From Auanema rhodensis (Eukaryota > Animalia > Nematoda), in contig OZ059894.1 in the NCBI GenBank assembly GCA_964057225.1, forward strand, positions 4,650,001 to 4,714,000: DNA of 64,000 nt, written 5' to 3'. Within the stretch, counting starts at the first letter, position 1. Every line of letters starts with the position of its first letter. Both the position numbers and the translations under genes were made by a program. A model generated the notes under the pieces. It did no database searches. It was not told where the DNA came from and saw only the letters and a program-made list of their open reading frames with translations. This document shows, one piece after another, positions 51,571 through 64,000 of this stretch.

Positions 51571-54500
51571 TTCGTTGAATAACATTGTCTATCGTCTTTG
51601 CCTTGAGAAATGGAATCTAAAAACATCTACTTTTTGCTAAATTATTTTGAAATTTTTCGAAAAAATTTTTGTCAAAATGTTTTTGGAAGCAATGTTGAGT
51701 GTACATGGAAACTCAACATACACTAATGCATCATTTTTCAAACGATCATAACTAATTTTTGTATCAAGCGTTTTTCAATGTAGTATAGTGCATTCGATGC
51801 GGATTTTTAAGCTGCGTCGATCTGTGTTATCAGATTTGCGCTAGCTTAAAAATGCACCGAGATATCAACTGATATAAGTTCACACTTATATCCTCGATTT
51901 TCACCCTGAAGAATTAATTTTCTCGTTGAATAACATTGTCCATCGTCTTTGCCTTGAAAAAAGGAATCTAAAAACATCTACTTTTTGCTAAATTATTTTG
52001 AAATTTTCCGAAAAAATTGTTGTCAAAATGTTTTTGGAAGCAATGTTGAGTGTACATGGAAACTCAACATACACTAATGCATCATTTTTCAAACGATCAT
52101 AACTAATTTTTGTATTAAGCGTTTCTCAATGTAGTATAGTGCATTCGATCCGGATTTTTAAGCTGCGTCGATCTGTGTTATCAGATTTGCGCTAGCTTAA
52201 AAATGCACCGAGATATCAACTGATATAAGTTCACACTTATATCCTCGATTTTCACCCTGAAGAATTAATTTTTTCGTTGAATAACATTGTCTATCGTCTT
52301 TGCCTTGAGAAATGGAATCTAAAAACATCTACTTTTTGCTAAATTATTTTGAAATTTTTCGAAAAAATTTTTGTCAAAATGTTTTTGGAAGCAATGTTGA
52401 GTGTACATGGAAACTCAACATACACTAATGCATCATTTTTCAAACGATCATAACTAATTTTTGTATTAAGCGTTTTTCAATGTAGTATAGTGCATTCGAT
52501 GCGGATTTTTAAGCTGCGTCGATCTGTGTTATCAGATTTGCGCTAGCTTAAAAATGCACTGAGATATCAACTGATATAAATTCACACTTATATCCTCGAT
52601 TTTCACCCTGAAGAAATAATTTTTTCGTTGAATAACATTGTCCATCGTCTTTGCCTTGAAAAAAGGAATCTAAAAACATCTACTTTTTGCTAAATTATTT
52701 TGAAATTTTTCGAAAAAATTTTTGTCAAAATTTTTTGGAAGCAATGTTGAGTGTACATGGAAACTCAACATACACTAATGCATCATTTTTCAAACGATCA
52801 TAACTAATTTTTGTATTAAGCGTTTTTCAATGTAGTGTAGTGCATTCGATGCGGATTTTTAAGCTGCGTCGATCTGTGTTATCAGATTTGCTCTAGCTTA
52901 AAAATGCACCGAGATATCAACTGATATAAGTTCACACTTATATCCTCGATTTTCATCCTGAAGAATTAATTTTTTCGTTGAATAACATTGTCCATCGTCT
53001 TTGCCTTGAAAAATCAAATCTAAGAACATCTACTTTTCGCTAAATTATTTTGAAATTTTTCGAAAAAATTTTTGTCAAAATGTTTTTGGAAGCAATGTTG
53101 AGTGTACATGGAAACTCAACATACACTAATGCATCATTTTTCAAACGATCATAACTAATTTTTTTTATCAAGCGTTTTTCAATGTAGTATAGTGCATTCG
53201 ATGCGGATTTTTATGCTGCGTCGATCTGTGTTATCAGATTTGCGCTAGCTTAAAAATGCACCGAGATATCAACTGATATAAGTTCACACTTATATCCTCG
53301 ATTTTCACCCTGAAGAATTAATTTTCTCGTTGAATAACATTGTCCATCGTCTTTGCCTTGAAAAAAGGAATCTAAAAACATCTACTTTTTGCTAAATTAT
53401 TTTGAAATTTTTCGAAAAAAGTTTTGTCAAAATGTTTTTGGAAGCAATGTTGAGTGTACATGGAAACTCAACATACACTAATGCATCATTTTTCAAACGA
53501 TCATAACTAATTTTTGTATTAAGCTTTTCTCAATGTAGTATAGTGCATTCGATGCGGATTTTTAAGCTGCGTCGATCTGTGTTATCAGATTTGCGCTAGC
53601 TTAAAAATGCACCGAGATATCAACTGATATAAGTTCACACTTATATCCTCGATTTTCACCCTGAAGAATTAATTTTTTCGTTGAATAACATTGTCTATCG
53701 TCTTTGCCTTGAAAAATGGAATCTAAAAACATCTACTTTCTGCTAAATTATTTTGAAATTTTTCGAAAAAATTTTTGTCAAAATGTTTTTGGAAGCAATG
53801 TTGAGTGTACATGGAAACTCAACATACACTAATGCATCATTTTTCTAACGATCATAACTAATTTTTGTATTAAGCTTTTCTCAATGTAGTATAGTGCATT
53901 CGATGCGGATTTTTAAGCTGCTTCGATCTGTGTTATCAGATTTGCGCTAGCTTAAAAATGCACCGAGATATCAACTGATATAAGTTCACACTTATATCCT
54001 CGATTTTCACCCTGAAGAATTAATTTTCTCGTTGAATAACATTGTCCATCGTCTTTGCCTTGAAAAAAGGAATCTAAAAACATCTACTTTTTGCTAAATT
54101 ATTTTGAAATTTTCCGAAAAAAGTTTTGTCAAAATGTTTTGGAAGCAATGTTGAGTGTACATGGAAACTCAACATACACTAATGCATCATTTTTCAAACG
54201 ATCATAACTAATTTTTGTATTAAGCGTTTTTCAATGTAGTATAGTGCATTCGATGCGGATTTTTAAGCTGCGTCGATCTGTGTTATCAGATTTGCGCTAG
54301 CTTAAAAATGCACCGAGATATCAACTGATATAAGTTCACACTTATATCCTCGATTTTCATCCTGAAGAATTAATTTTTTCGTTGAATAACATTGTCCATC
54401 GTCTTTGCCTTGAAAAATCGAATCTAAAAACATCTACTTTTCGCTAAATTATTTTGAAATTTTTCGAAAAAATTTTTGTCAAAATGTTTTTGGAAGCAAT

Positions 54501-55079
54501 GTTGAGTGTACATGGAAACTCAACATACACTAATGCATCATTTTTCAAACGATCATAACTAATTTTTGTATCAAGCGTTTTTCAATGTAGTATAGTGCTT
54601 TCGATGCGGATTTTTAAGCTGCGTCGATCTGTGTTATCAGATTTGCGCTAGCTTAAAAATGCACCGAGATATCAACTGATATAAGTTCACACTTATATCC
54701 TCGATTTTCACCCTGAAGAATTAATTTTCTCGTTGAATAACATTGTCCATCGTTTTTGCCTTGAAAAAAGGAATCTAAAAACATCTACTTTTTGCTAAAT
54801 TATTTTGAAATTTTCCGAAAAAATTTTTGTCAAAATGTTTTTGGAAGCAATGTTGAGTGTACATGGAAACTCAACATACACTAATGCATCATTTTTCAAA
54901 CGATCATAACTAATTTTTGTATTAAGCGTTTTTCAATGTAGTATAGTGCATTCGATGCGGATTTTTAAGCTGCGTCGATCTGTGTTATCAGATTTGCGCT
55001 AGCTTAAAAATGCACCGAGATATCAACTGATATAAGTTCACACTTATATCCTCGATTTTCACCCTGAAGAATTAATTTT

Positions 55080-57887
55080 CTCGTTGAATAACATTGTCCA
55101 TCGTCTTTGCCTTGAAAAAAGGAATCTAAAAACATCTACTTTTTGCTAAATTATTTTGAAATTTTCCGAAAAAATTGTTGTCAAAATGTTTTTGGAAGCA
55201 ATGTTGAGTGTACATGGAAACTCAACATACACTAATGCATCATTTTTCAAACGATCATAACTAATTTTTGTATTAAGCGTTTCTCAATGTAGTATAGTGC
55301 ATTCGATCCGGATTTTTAAGCTGCGTCGATCTGTGTTATCAGATTTGCGCTAGCTTAAAAATGCACCGAGATATCAACTGATATAAGTTCACACTTATAT
55401 CCTCGATTTTCACCCTGAAGAATTAATTTTTTCGTTGAATAACATTGTCTATCGTCTTTGCCTTGAGAAATGGAATCTAAAAACATCTACTTTTTGCTAA
55501 ATTATTTTGAAATTTTTCGAAAAAATTTTTGTCAAAATGTTTTTGGAAGCAATGTTGAGTGTACATGGAAACTCAACATACACTAATGCATCATTTTTCA
55601 AACGATCATAACTAATTTTTGTATTAAGCGTTTCTCAATGTAGTATAGTGCATTCGATCCGGATTTTTAAGCTGCGTCGATCTGTGTTATCAGATTAGCG
55701 CTAGCTTAAAAATGCACCGAGATATCAAATGATATAAGTTCACACTTATATCCTCGATTTTCACCCTGAAGAATTAATTTTTTCGTTGAATAACAATGTC
55801 TATCGTCTTTGCCTTGAGAAATGGAATCTAAAAACATCTACTTTTTGCTAAATTATTTTGAAATTTTTCGAAAAAATTTTTGTCAAAATGTTTTTGGAAG
55901 CAATGTTGAGTGTACATGGAAACTCAACATACACTAATGCATCATTTTTCAAACGATCATAACTAATTTTTGTATCAAGCGTTTTTCAATCTAGTATAGT
56001 GCATTCGATCCGGATTTTTAAGCTGCGTCGATCTGTGTTATCAGATTAGCGCTAGCTTAAAAATGCACCGAGATATCAACTGATATAAGTTCACACTTAT
56101 ATCCTCGATTTTCACCCTGAAGAATTAATTTTTTCGTTGAATAACAATGTCTATCGTCTTTGCCTTGAGAAATGGAATCTAAAAACATCTACTTTTTGCT
56201 AAATTATTTTGAAATTTTTCGAAAAAATTTTTGTCAAAATGTTTTTGGAAGCAATGTTGAGTGTACATGGAAACTCAACATACACTAATGCATCATTTTT
56301 CAAACGATCATAACTAATTTTTGTATCAAGCGTTTTTCAATGTAGTATAGTGCATTCGATGCGGATTTTTAAGCTGCGTCGATCTGTGTTATCAGATTTG
56401 CGCTAGCTTAAAAATGCACCGAGATATCAACTGATATAAGTTCACACTTATATCCTCGATTTTCACCCTGAAGAATTAATTTTCTCGTTGAATAACATTG
56501 TCCACCGTCTTTGCCTTGAAAAAAGGAATCTAAAAACATCTACTTTTTGCTAAATTATTTTGAAATTTTCCGAAAAAATTGTTGTCAAAATGTTTTTGGA
56601 AGCAATGTTGAGTGTACATGGAAACTCAACATACACTAATGCATCATTTTTCAAACGATCATAACTAATTTTTGTATTAAGCGTTTCTCAATGTAGTATA
56701 GTGCATTCGATCCGGATTTTTAAGCTGCGTCGATCTGTGTTATCAGATTTGCGCTAGCTTAAAAATGCACCGAGATATCAACTGATATAAGTTCACACTT
56801 ATATCCTCGATTTTCACCCTGAAGAATTAATTTTTTCGTTGAATAACATTGTCTATCGTCTTTGCCTTGAGAAATGGAATCTAAAAACATCTACTTTTTG
56901 CTAAATTATTTTGAAATTTTTCGAAAAAATTTTTGTCAAAATGTTTTTGGAAGCAATGTTGAGTGTACATGGAAACTCAACATACACTAATGCATCATTT
57001 TTCAAACGATCATAACTAATTTTTGTATTAAGCGTTTCTCAATGTAGTATAGTGCATTCGATCCGGATTTTTAAGCTGCGTCGATCTGTGTTATCAGATT
57101 AGCGCTAGCTTAAAAATGCACCGAGATATCAACTGATATAAGTTCACACTTATATCCTCGATTTTCACCCTGAAGAATTAATTTTTTCGTTGAATAACAA
57201 TGTCTATCGTCTTTGCCTTGAGAAATGGAATCTAAAAACATCTACTTTTTGCTAAATTATTTTGAAATTTTTCGAAAAAATTTTTGTCAAAATGTTTTTG
57301 GAAGCAATGTTGAGTGTACATGGAAACTCAACATACACTAATGCATCATTTTTCAAACGATCATAACTAATTTTTGTATCAAGCGTTTTTCAATCTAGTA
57401 TAGTGCATTCGATCCGGATTTTTAAGCTGCGTCGATCTGTGTTATCAGATTAGCGCTAGCTTAAAAATGCACCGAGATATCAACTGATATAAGTTCACAC
57501 TTATATCCTCGATTTTCACCCTGAAGAATTAATTTTTTCGTTGAATAACAATGTCTATCGTCTTTGCCTTGAGAAATGGAATCTAAAAACATCTACTTTT
57601 TGCTAAATTATTTTGAAATTTTTCGAAAAAATTTTTGTCAAAATGTTTTTGGAAGCAATGTTGAGTGTACATGGAAACTCAACATACACTAATGCATCAT
57701 TTTTCAAACGATCATAACTAATTTTTGTATCAAGCGTTTTTCAATGTAGTATAGTGCATTCGATGCGGATTTTTAAGCTGCGTCGATCTGTGTTATCAGA
57801 TTTGCGCTAGCTTAAAAATGCACCGAGATATCAACTGATACAAGTTCACACTTATATCCTCGATTTTCACCCTGAAGAATTAATTTT
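55080..57887. repeat. Local 4-mer higher-order repeat (1404 bp x2)
   Basis: [AATTGTTG/GATCCGG]-[GAGAAATGG/TTAGCGCT]-[AACAAT/CAATCTAG]-[AACAAT] starts at 55080 and 56484. Confidence 0.85.
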
Positions 57888-60344
57888 TTCGTTGAATAAC
57901 ATTGTCCATCGTCTTTGCCTTGAAAAAAGGATTCTACAAACATCTACTTTTTGCTAAATTATTTTGAAATTTTTCGAAAAAATTTTTGTCAAAATGTTTT
58001 TGGAAGCAATGTTGAGTGTACATGGAAACTCAACATACACTAATGCATCATTTTTCAAACGATCATAACTAATTTTTGTATTAAGCGTTTCTCAATGTAG
58101 TATAGTGCATTCGATCCGGATTTTTAAGCTGCGTCGATCTGTGTTATCAGATTAGCGCTAGCTTAAAAATGCACCGAGATATCAACTGATATAAGTTCAC
58201 ACTTATATCCTCGATTTTCACCCTGAAGAATTAATTTTTTCGTTGAATAACAATGTCTATCGTCTTTGCCTTGAGAAATGGAATCTAAAAACATCTACTT
58301 TTTGCTAAATTATTTTGAAATTTTTCGAAAAAATTTTTGTCAAAATGTTTTTGGAAGCAATGTTGAGTGTACATGGAAACTCAACATACACTAATGCATC
58401 ATTTTTCAAACGATCATAACTAATTTTTGTATCAAGCGTTTTTCAATGTAGTATAGTGCATTCGATGCGGATTTTTGAGCTGCGTCGATCTGTGTTATCA
58501 GATTTGCGCTAGCTTAAAAATGCACCGAGATATCAACTGATACAAGTTCACACTTATATCCTCGATTTTCACCCTGAAGAAATAATTTTTTCGTTGAATA
58601 ACATTGTCCATCGTCTTTGCCTTGAAAAAAGGATTCTACAAACATCTACTTTTTGCTAAATTATTTTGAAATTTTTCGAAAAAATTTTTGTCAAAATGTT
58701 TTTGGAAGCAATGTTGAGTGTACATGGAAACTCAACATACACTAATGCATCATTTTTCAAACGATCATAACTAATTTTTGTATTAAGCGTTTTTCAATGT
58801 AGTATAGTGCATTCGATGCGGATTTTTAAGCTGCGTCGATCTGTGTTATCAGATTTGCGCTAGCTTAAAAATGCACCGAGATATCAACTGATATAAGTTC
58901 ACACTTATATCCTCGATTTTCATCCTGAAGAATTAATTTTTTCGTTGAATAACATTGTCCATCGTCTTTGCCTTGAAAAATCGAATCTAAAAACATCTAC
59001 TTTTTGCTAAATTATTTTGAAATTTTTCGAAAAAATTTTTGTCAAAATGTTTTTGGAAGCAATGTTGAGTGTACATGGAAACTCAACATACACTAATGCA
59101 TCATTTTTCAAACGATCATAACTAATTTTTGTATTAAGCGTTTCTCAATGTAGTATAGTGCATTCGATCCGGATTTTTAAGCTGCGTCGATCTGTGTTAT
59201 CAGATTTGCGCTAGCTTAAAAATGCACCGAGATATCAACTGATATAAGTTCACACTTATATCCTCGATTTTCACCCTGAAGAATTAATTTTTTCGTTGAA
59301 TAACATTGTCTATCGTCTTTGCCTTGAGAAATGGAATCTAAAAACATCTACTTTTTGCTAAATTATTTTGAAATTTTTCGAAAAAATTTTTGTCAAAATG
59401 TTTTTGGAAGCAATGTTGAGTGTACATGGAAACTCAACATACACTAATGCATCATTTTTCAAACGATCATAACTAATTTTTGTATTAAGCGTTTCTCAAT
59501 GTAGTATAGTGCATTCGATCCGGATTTTTAAGCTGCGTCGATCTGTGTTATCAGATTAGCGCTAGCTTAAAAATGCACCGAGATATCAACTGATATAAGT
59601 TCACACTTATATCCTCGATTTTCACCCTGAAGAATTAATTTTTTCGTTGAATAACAATGTCTATCGTCTTTGCCTTGAGAAATGGAATCTAAAAACATCT
59701 ACTTTTTGCTAAATTATTTTGAAATTTTTCGAAAAAATTTTTGTCAAAATGTTTTTGGAAGCAATGTTGAGTGTACATGGAAACTCAACATACACTAATG
59801 CATCATTTTTCAAACGATCATAACTAATTTTTGTATCAAGCGTTTTTCAATGTAGTATAGTGCATTCGATCCGGATTTTTAAGCTGCGTCGATCTGTGTT
59901 ATCAGATTAGCGCTAGCTTAAAAATGCACCGAGATATCAACTGATATAAGTTCACACTTATATCCTCGATTTTCACCCTGAAGAATTAATTTTTTCGTTA
60001 AATAACAATGTCTATCGTCTTTGCCTTGAGAAATGGAATCTAAAAACATCTACTTTTTGCTAAATTATTTTGAAATTTTTCGAAAAAATTTTTGTCAAAA
60101 TGTTTTTGGAAGCAATGTTGAGTGTACATGGAAACTCAACATACACTAATGCATCATTTTTCAAACGATCATAACTAATTTTTGTATCAAGCGTTTTTCA
60201 ATGTTGTATAGTGCATTCGATGCGGATTTTTAAGCTGCGTCGATCTGTGTTATCAGATTAGCGCTAGCTTAAAAATGCACCGAGATATCAACTGATATAA
60301 GTTCACACTTATATCCTCGATTTTCACCCTGAAGAATTAATTTT

Positions 60345-63152
60345 TTCGTTGAATAACAATGTCTATCGTCTTTGCCTTGAGAAATGGAATCTAAAAAAAT
60401 CTACTTTTTGCTAAATTATTTTGAAATTTTTCGAAAAAATTTTTGTCAAAATGTTTTTGGAAGCAATGTTGAGTGTACATGGAAACTCAACATACACTAA
60501 TGCATCATTTTTCAAACGATCATAACTAATTTTTGTATCAAGCGTTTTTCAATGTAGTATAGTGCATTCGATGCGGATTTTTAAGCTGCGTCGATCTGTG
60601 TTATCAGATTTGCGCTAGCTTAAAAATGCACCGAGATATCAACTGATACAAGTTCACACTTATATCCTCGATTTTCACCCTGAAGAAATAATTTTTTCGT
60701 TGAATAACATTGTCCATCGTCTTTGCCTTGAAAAAAGGATTCTACAAACATCTACTTTTTGCTAAATTATTTTGAAATTTTTCGAAAAAATTTTTGTCAA
60801 AATGTTTTTGGAAGCAATGTTGAGTGTACATGGAAACTCAACATACACTAATGCATCATTTTTCAAACGATCATAACTAATTTTTGTATTAAGCGTTTTT
60901 CAATGTAGTATAGTGCATTCGATGCGGATTTTTAAGCTGCGTCGATCTGTGTTATCAGATTTGCGCTAGCTTAAAAATGCACCGAGATATCAACTGATAT
61001 AAGTTCACACTTATATCCTCGATTTTCACCCTGAAGAATTAATTTTTTCGTTGAATAACATTGTCTATCGTCTTTGCCTTGAGAAATGGAATCTAAAAAC
61101 ATCTACTTTTTGCTAAATTATTTTGAAATTTTTCGAAAAAATTTTTGTCAAAATGTTTTTGGAAGCAATGTTGAGTGTACATGGAAACTCAACATACACT
61201 AATGCATCATTTTTCAAACGATCATAACTAATTTTTGTATTAAGCGTTTCTCAATGTAGTATAGTGCATTCGATCCGGATTTTTAAGCTGCGTCGATCTG
61301 TGTTATCAGATTAGCGCTAGCTTAAAAATGCACCGAGATATCAACTGATATAAGTTCACACTTATATCCTCGATTTTCACCCTGAAGAATTAATTTTTTC
61401 GTTGAATAACAATGTCTATCGTCTTTGCCTTGAGAAATGGAATCTAAAAACATCTACTTTTTGCTAAATTATTTTGAAATTTTTCGAAAAAATTTTTGTC
61501 AAAATGTTTTTGGAAGCAATGTTGAGTGTACATGGAAACTCAACATACACTAATGCATCATTTTTCAAACGATCATAACTAATTTTTGTATCAAGCGTTT
61601 TTCAATGTAGTATAGTGCATTCGATCCGGATTTTTAAGCTGCGTCGATCTGTGTTATCAGATTAGCGCTAGCTTAAAAATGCACCGAGATATCAACTGAT
61701 ATAAGTTCACACTTATATCCTCGATTTTCACCCTGAAGAATTAATTTTTTCGTTGAATAACAATGTCTATCGTCTTTGCCTTGAGAAATGGAATCTAAAA
61801 ACATCTACTTTTTGCTAAATTATTTTGAAATTTTTCGAAAAAATTTTTGTCAAAATGTTTTTGGAAGCAATGTTGAGTGTACATGGAAACTCAACATACA
61901 CTAATGCATCATTTTTCAAACGATCATAACTAATTTTTGTATCAAGCGTTTTTCAATGTAGTATAGTGCATTCGATGCGGATTTTTAAGCTGCGTCGATC
62001 TGTGTTATCAGATTTGCGCTAGCTTAAAAATGCACCGAGATATCAACTGATACAAGTTCACACTTATATCCTCGATTTTCACCCTGAAGAAATAATTTTT
62101 TCGTTGAATAACATTGTCCATCGTCTTTGCCTTGAAAAAAGGATTCTACAAACATCTACTTTTTGCTAAATTATTTTGAAATTTTTCGAAAAAATTTTTG
62201 TCAAAATGTTTTTGGAAGCAATGTTGAGTGTACATGGAAACTCAACATACACTAATGCATCATTTTTCAAACGATCATAACTAATTTTTGTATTAAGCGT
62301 TTTTCAATGTAGTATAGTGCATTCGATGCGGATTTTTAAGCTGCGTCGATCTGTGTTATCAGATTTGCGCTAGCTTAAAAATGCACCGAGATATCAACTG
62401 ATATAAGTTCACACTTATATCCTCGATTTTCACCCTGAAGAATTAATTTTTTCGTTGAATAACATTGTCTATCGTCTTTGCCTTGAGAAATGGAATCTAA
62501 AAACATCTACTTTTTGCTAAATTATTTTGAAATTTTTCGAAAAAATTTTTGTCAAAATGTTTTTGGAAGCAATGTTGAGTGTACATGGAAACTCAACATA
62601 CACTAATGCATCATTTTTCAAACGATCATAACTAATTTTTGTATTAAGCGTTTCTCAATGTAGTATAGTGCATTCGATCCGGATTTTTAAGCTGCGTCGA
62701 TCTGTGTTATCAGATTAGCGCTAGCTTAAAAATGCACCGAGATATCAACTGATATAAGTTCACACTTATATCCTCGATTTTCACCCTGAAGAATTAATTT
62801 TTTCGTTGAATAACAATGTCTATCGTCTTTGCCTTGAGAAATGGAATCTAAAAACATCTACTTTTTGCTAAATTATTTTGAAATTTTTCGAAAAAATTTT
62901 TGTCAAAATGTTTTTGGAAGCAATGTTGAGTGTACATGGAAACTCAACATACACTAATGCATCATTTTTCAAACGATCATAACTAATTTTTGTATCAAGC
63001 GTTTTTCAATGTAGTATAGTGCATTCGATCCGGATTTTTAAGCTGCGTCGATCTGTGTTATCAGATTAGCGCTAGCTTAAAAATGCACCGAGATATCAAC
63101 TGATATAAGTTCACACTTATATCCTCGATTTTCACCCTGAAGAATTAATTTT
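60345..63152. repeat. Local 4-mer higher-order repeat (1404 bp x2)
   Basis: [AACAAT/GATACAAG/GAAATA]-[GGATTCTACA]-[GTCTA/GAGAAATGG/GATCCGG]-[AACAAT/GATCCGG/TTAGCGCT] starts at 60345 and 61749. Confidence 0.85.
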
Positions 63153-64000
63153 TTCGTTGAATAACAATGTCTATCGTCTTTGCCTTGAGAAATGGAATCT
63201 AAAAACATCTACTTTTTGCTAAATTATTTTGAAATTTTTCGAAAAAATTTTTGTCAAAATGTTTTTGGAAGCAATGTTGAGTGTACATGGAAACTCAACA
63301 TACACTAATGCATCATTTTTCAAACGATCATAACTAATTTTTGTATCAAGCGTTTTTCAATGTAGTATAGTGCATTCGATCCGGATTTTTAAGCTGCGTC
63401 GATCTGTGTTATCAGATTAGCGCTAGCTTAAAAATGCACCGAGATATCAACTGATATAAGTTCACACTTATATCCTCGATTTTCACCCTGAAGAATTAAT
63501 TTTTTCGTTGAATAACAATGTCTATCGTCTTTGCCTTGAGAAATGGAATCTAAAAACATCTACTTTTTGCTAAATTATTTTGAAATTTTTCGAAAAAATT
63601 TTTGTCAAAATGTTTTTGGAAGCAATGTTGAGTGTACATGGAAACTCAACATACACTAATGCATCATTTTTCAAACGATCATAACTAATTTTTGTATCAA
63701 GCGTTTTTCAATGTAGTATAGTGCATTCGATCCGGATTTTTAAGCTGCGTCGATCTGTGTTATCAGATTAGCGCTAGCTTAAAAATGCACCGAGATATCA
63801 ACTGATATAAGTTCACACTTATATCCTCGATTTTCACCCTGAAGAATTAATTTTTTCGTTGAATAACAATGTCTATCGTCTTTGCCTTGAGAAATGGAAT
63901 TTAAAAACATCTACTTTTTGCTAAATTATTTTGAAATTTTTCGAAAAAATTTTTGTCAAAATGTTTTTGGAAGCAATGTTGAGTGTACATGGAAACTCAA

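Larger units (their letters stand above)
1..64000. repeat. Tandem satellite DNA array, 351-bp monomer, about 182.4 head-to-tail copies, apparently continuing beyond both window edges
   Basis: The motif (T/C)TCGTTGAATAAC recurs at 1, 351, 702, 1053, 1403 ... 63504, 63855, always in the same orientation. 63854 bp = 182 x 351 - 28, which matches my count of 29 monomers of 350 bp and one of 352 bp. No non-satellite sequence was seen. Confidence 0.99.

Noticed and set aside
1-64000. Assignment to a named satellite (Drosophila 359-bp 1.688 family, Tribolium satellites of about 350-360 bp)
   Set aside because: Only length and AT content are similar. I do not recognise sequence identity and cannot run a database search.
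1-64000. A single regular HOR spanning the window, or an assembly artefact made of collapsed identical copies
   Set aside because: Periods change locally between 1 and 7 monomers, and units carry linked, position-specific variants. This fits neither one global HOR nor artificial duplication of a consensus.

Overview
The whole 64 kb window is one uninterrupted head-to-tail satellite DNA array with a 351-bp monomer. I counted by hand 182 complete monomers plus a 146-bp partial copy: 152 of 351 bp, 29 of 350 bp and one of 352 bp. The first monomer is about 31% GC (107/350). Copies differ by only a few substitutions each. I found no insertions, strand inversions, transposon fragments, CDS, RNA genes or CRISPR spacers, and all six reading frames are closed by stop codons in the monomer consensus. 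I therefore cannot support any protein-coding system here. Two kinds of structure stand out. (1) The monomer is dense in dyad symmetries: four inverted-repeat modules, two of them adjacent and sharing an interrupted-stem design. (2) Diagnostic SNPs show a patchwork of short-lived local higher-order repeats (2-, 3-, 4-, 5-, 6- and nested 7-mers), chimeric monomers that mark crossover points, long-range block copies and a left-to-right turnover of variants. This fits a young, actively homogenising (peri)centromeric-type eukaryotic satellite, probably from an invertebrate with little CpG methylation. Host, family and centromeric function are inferences and cannot be read from the sequence.
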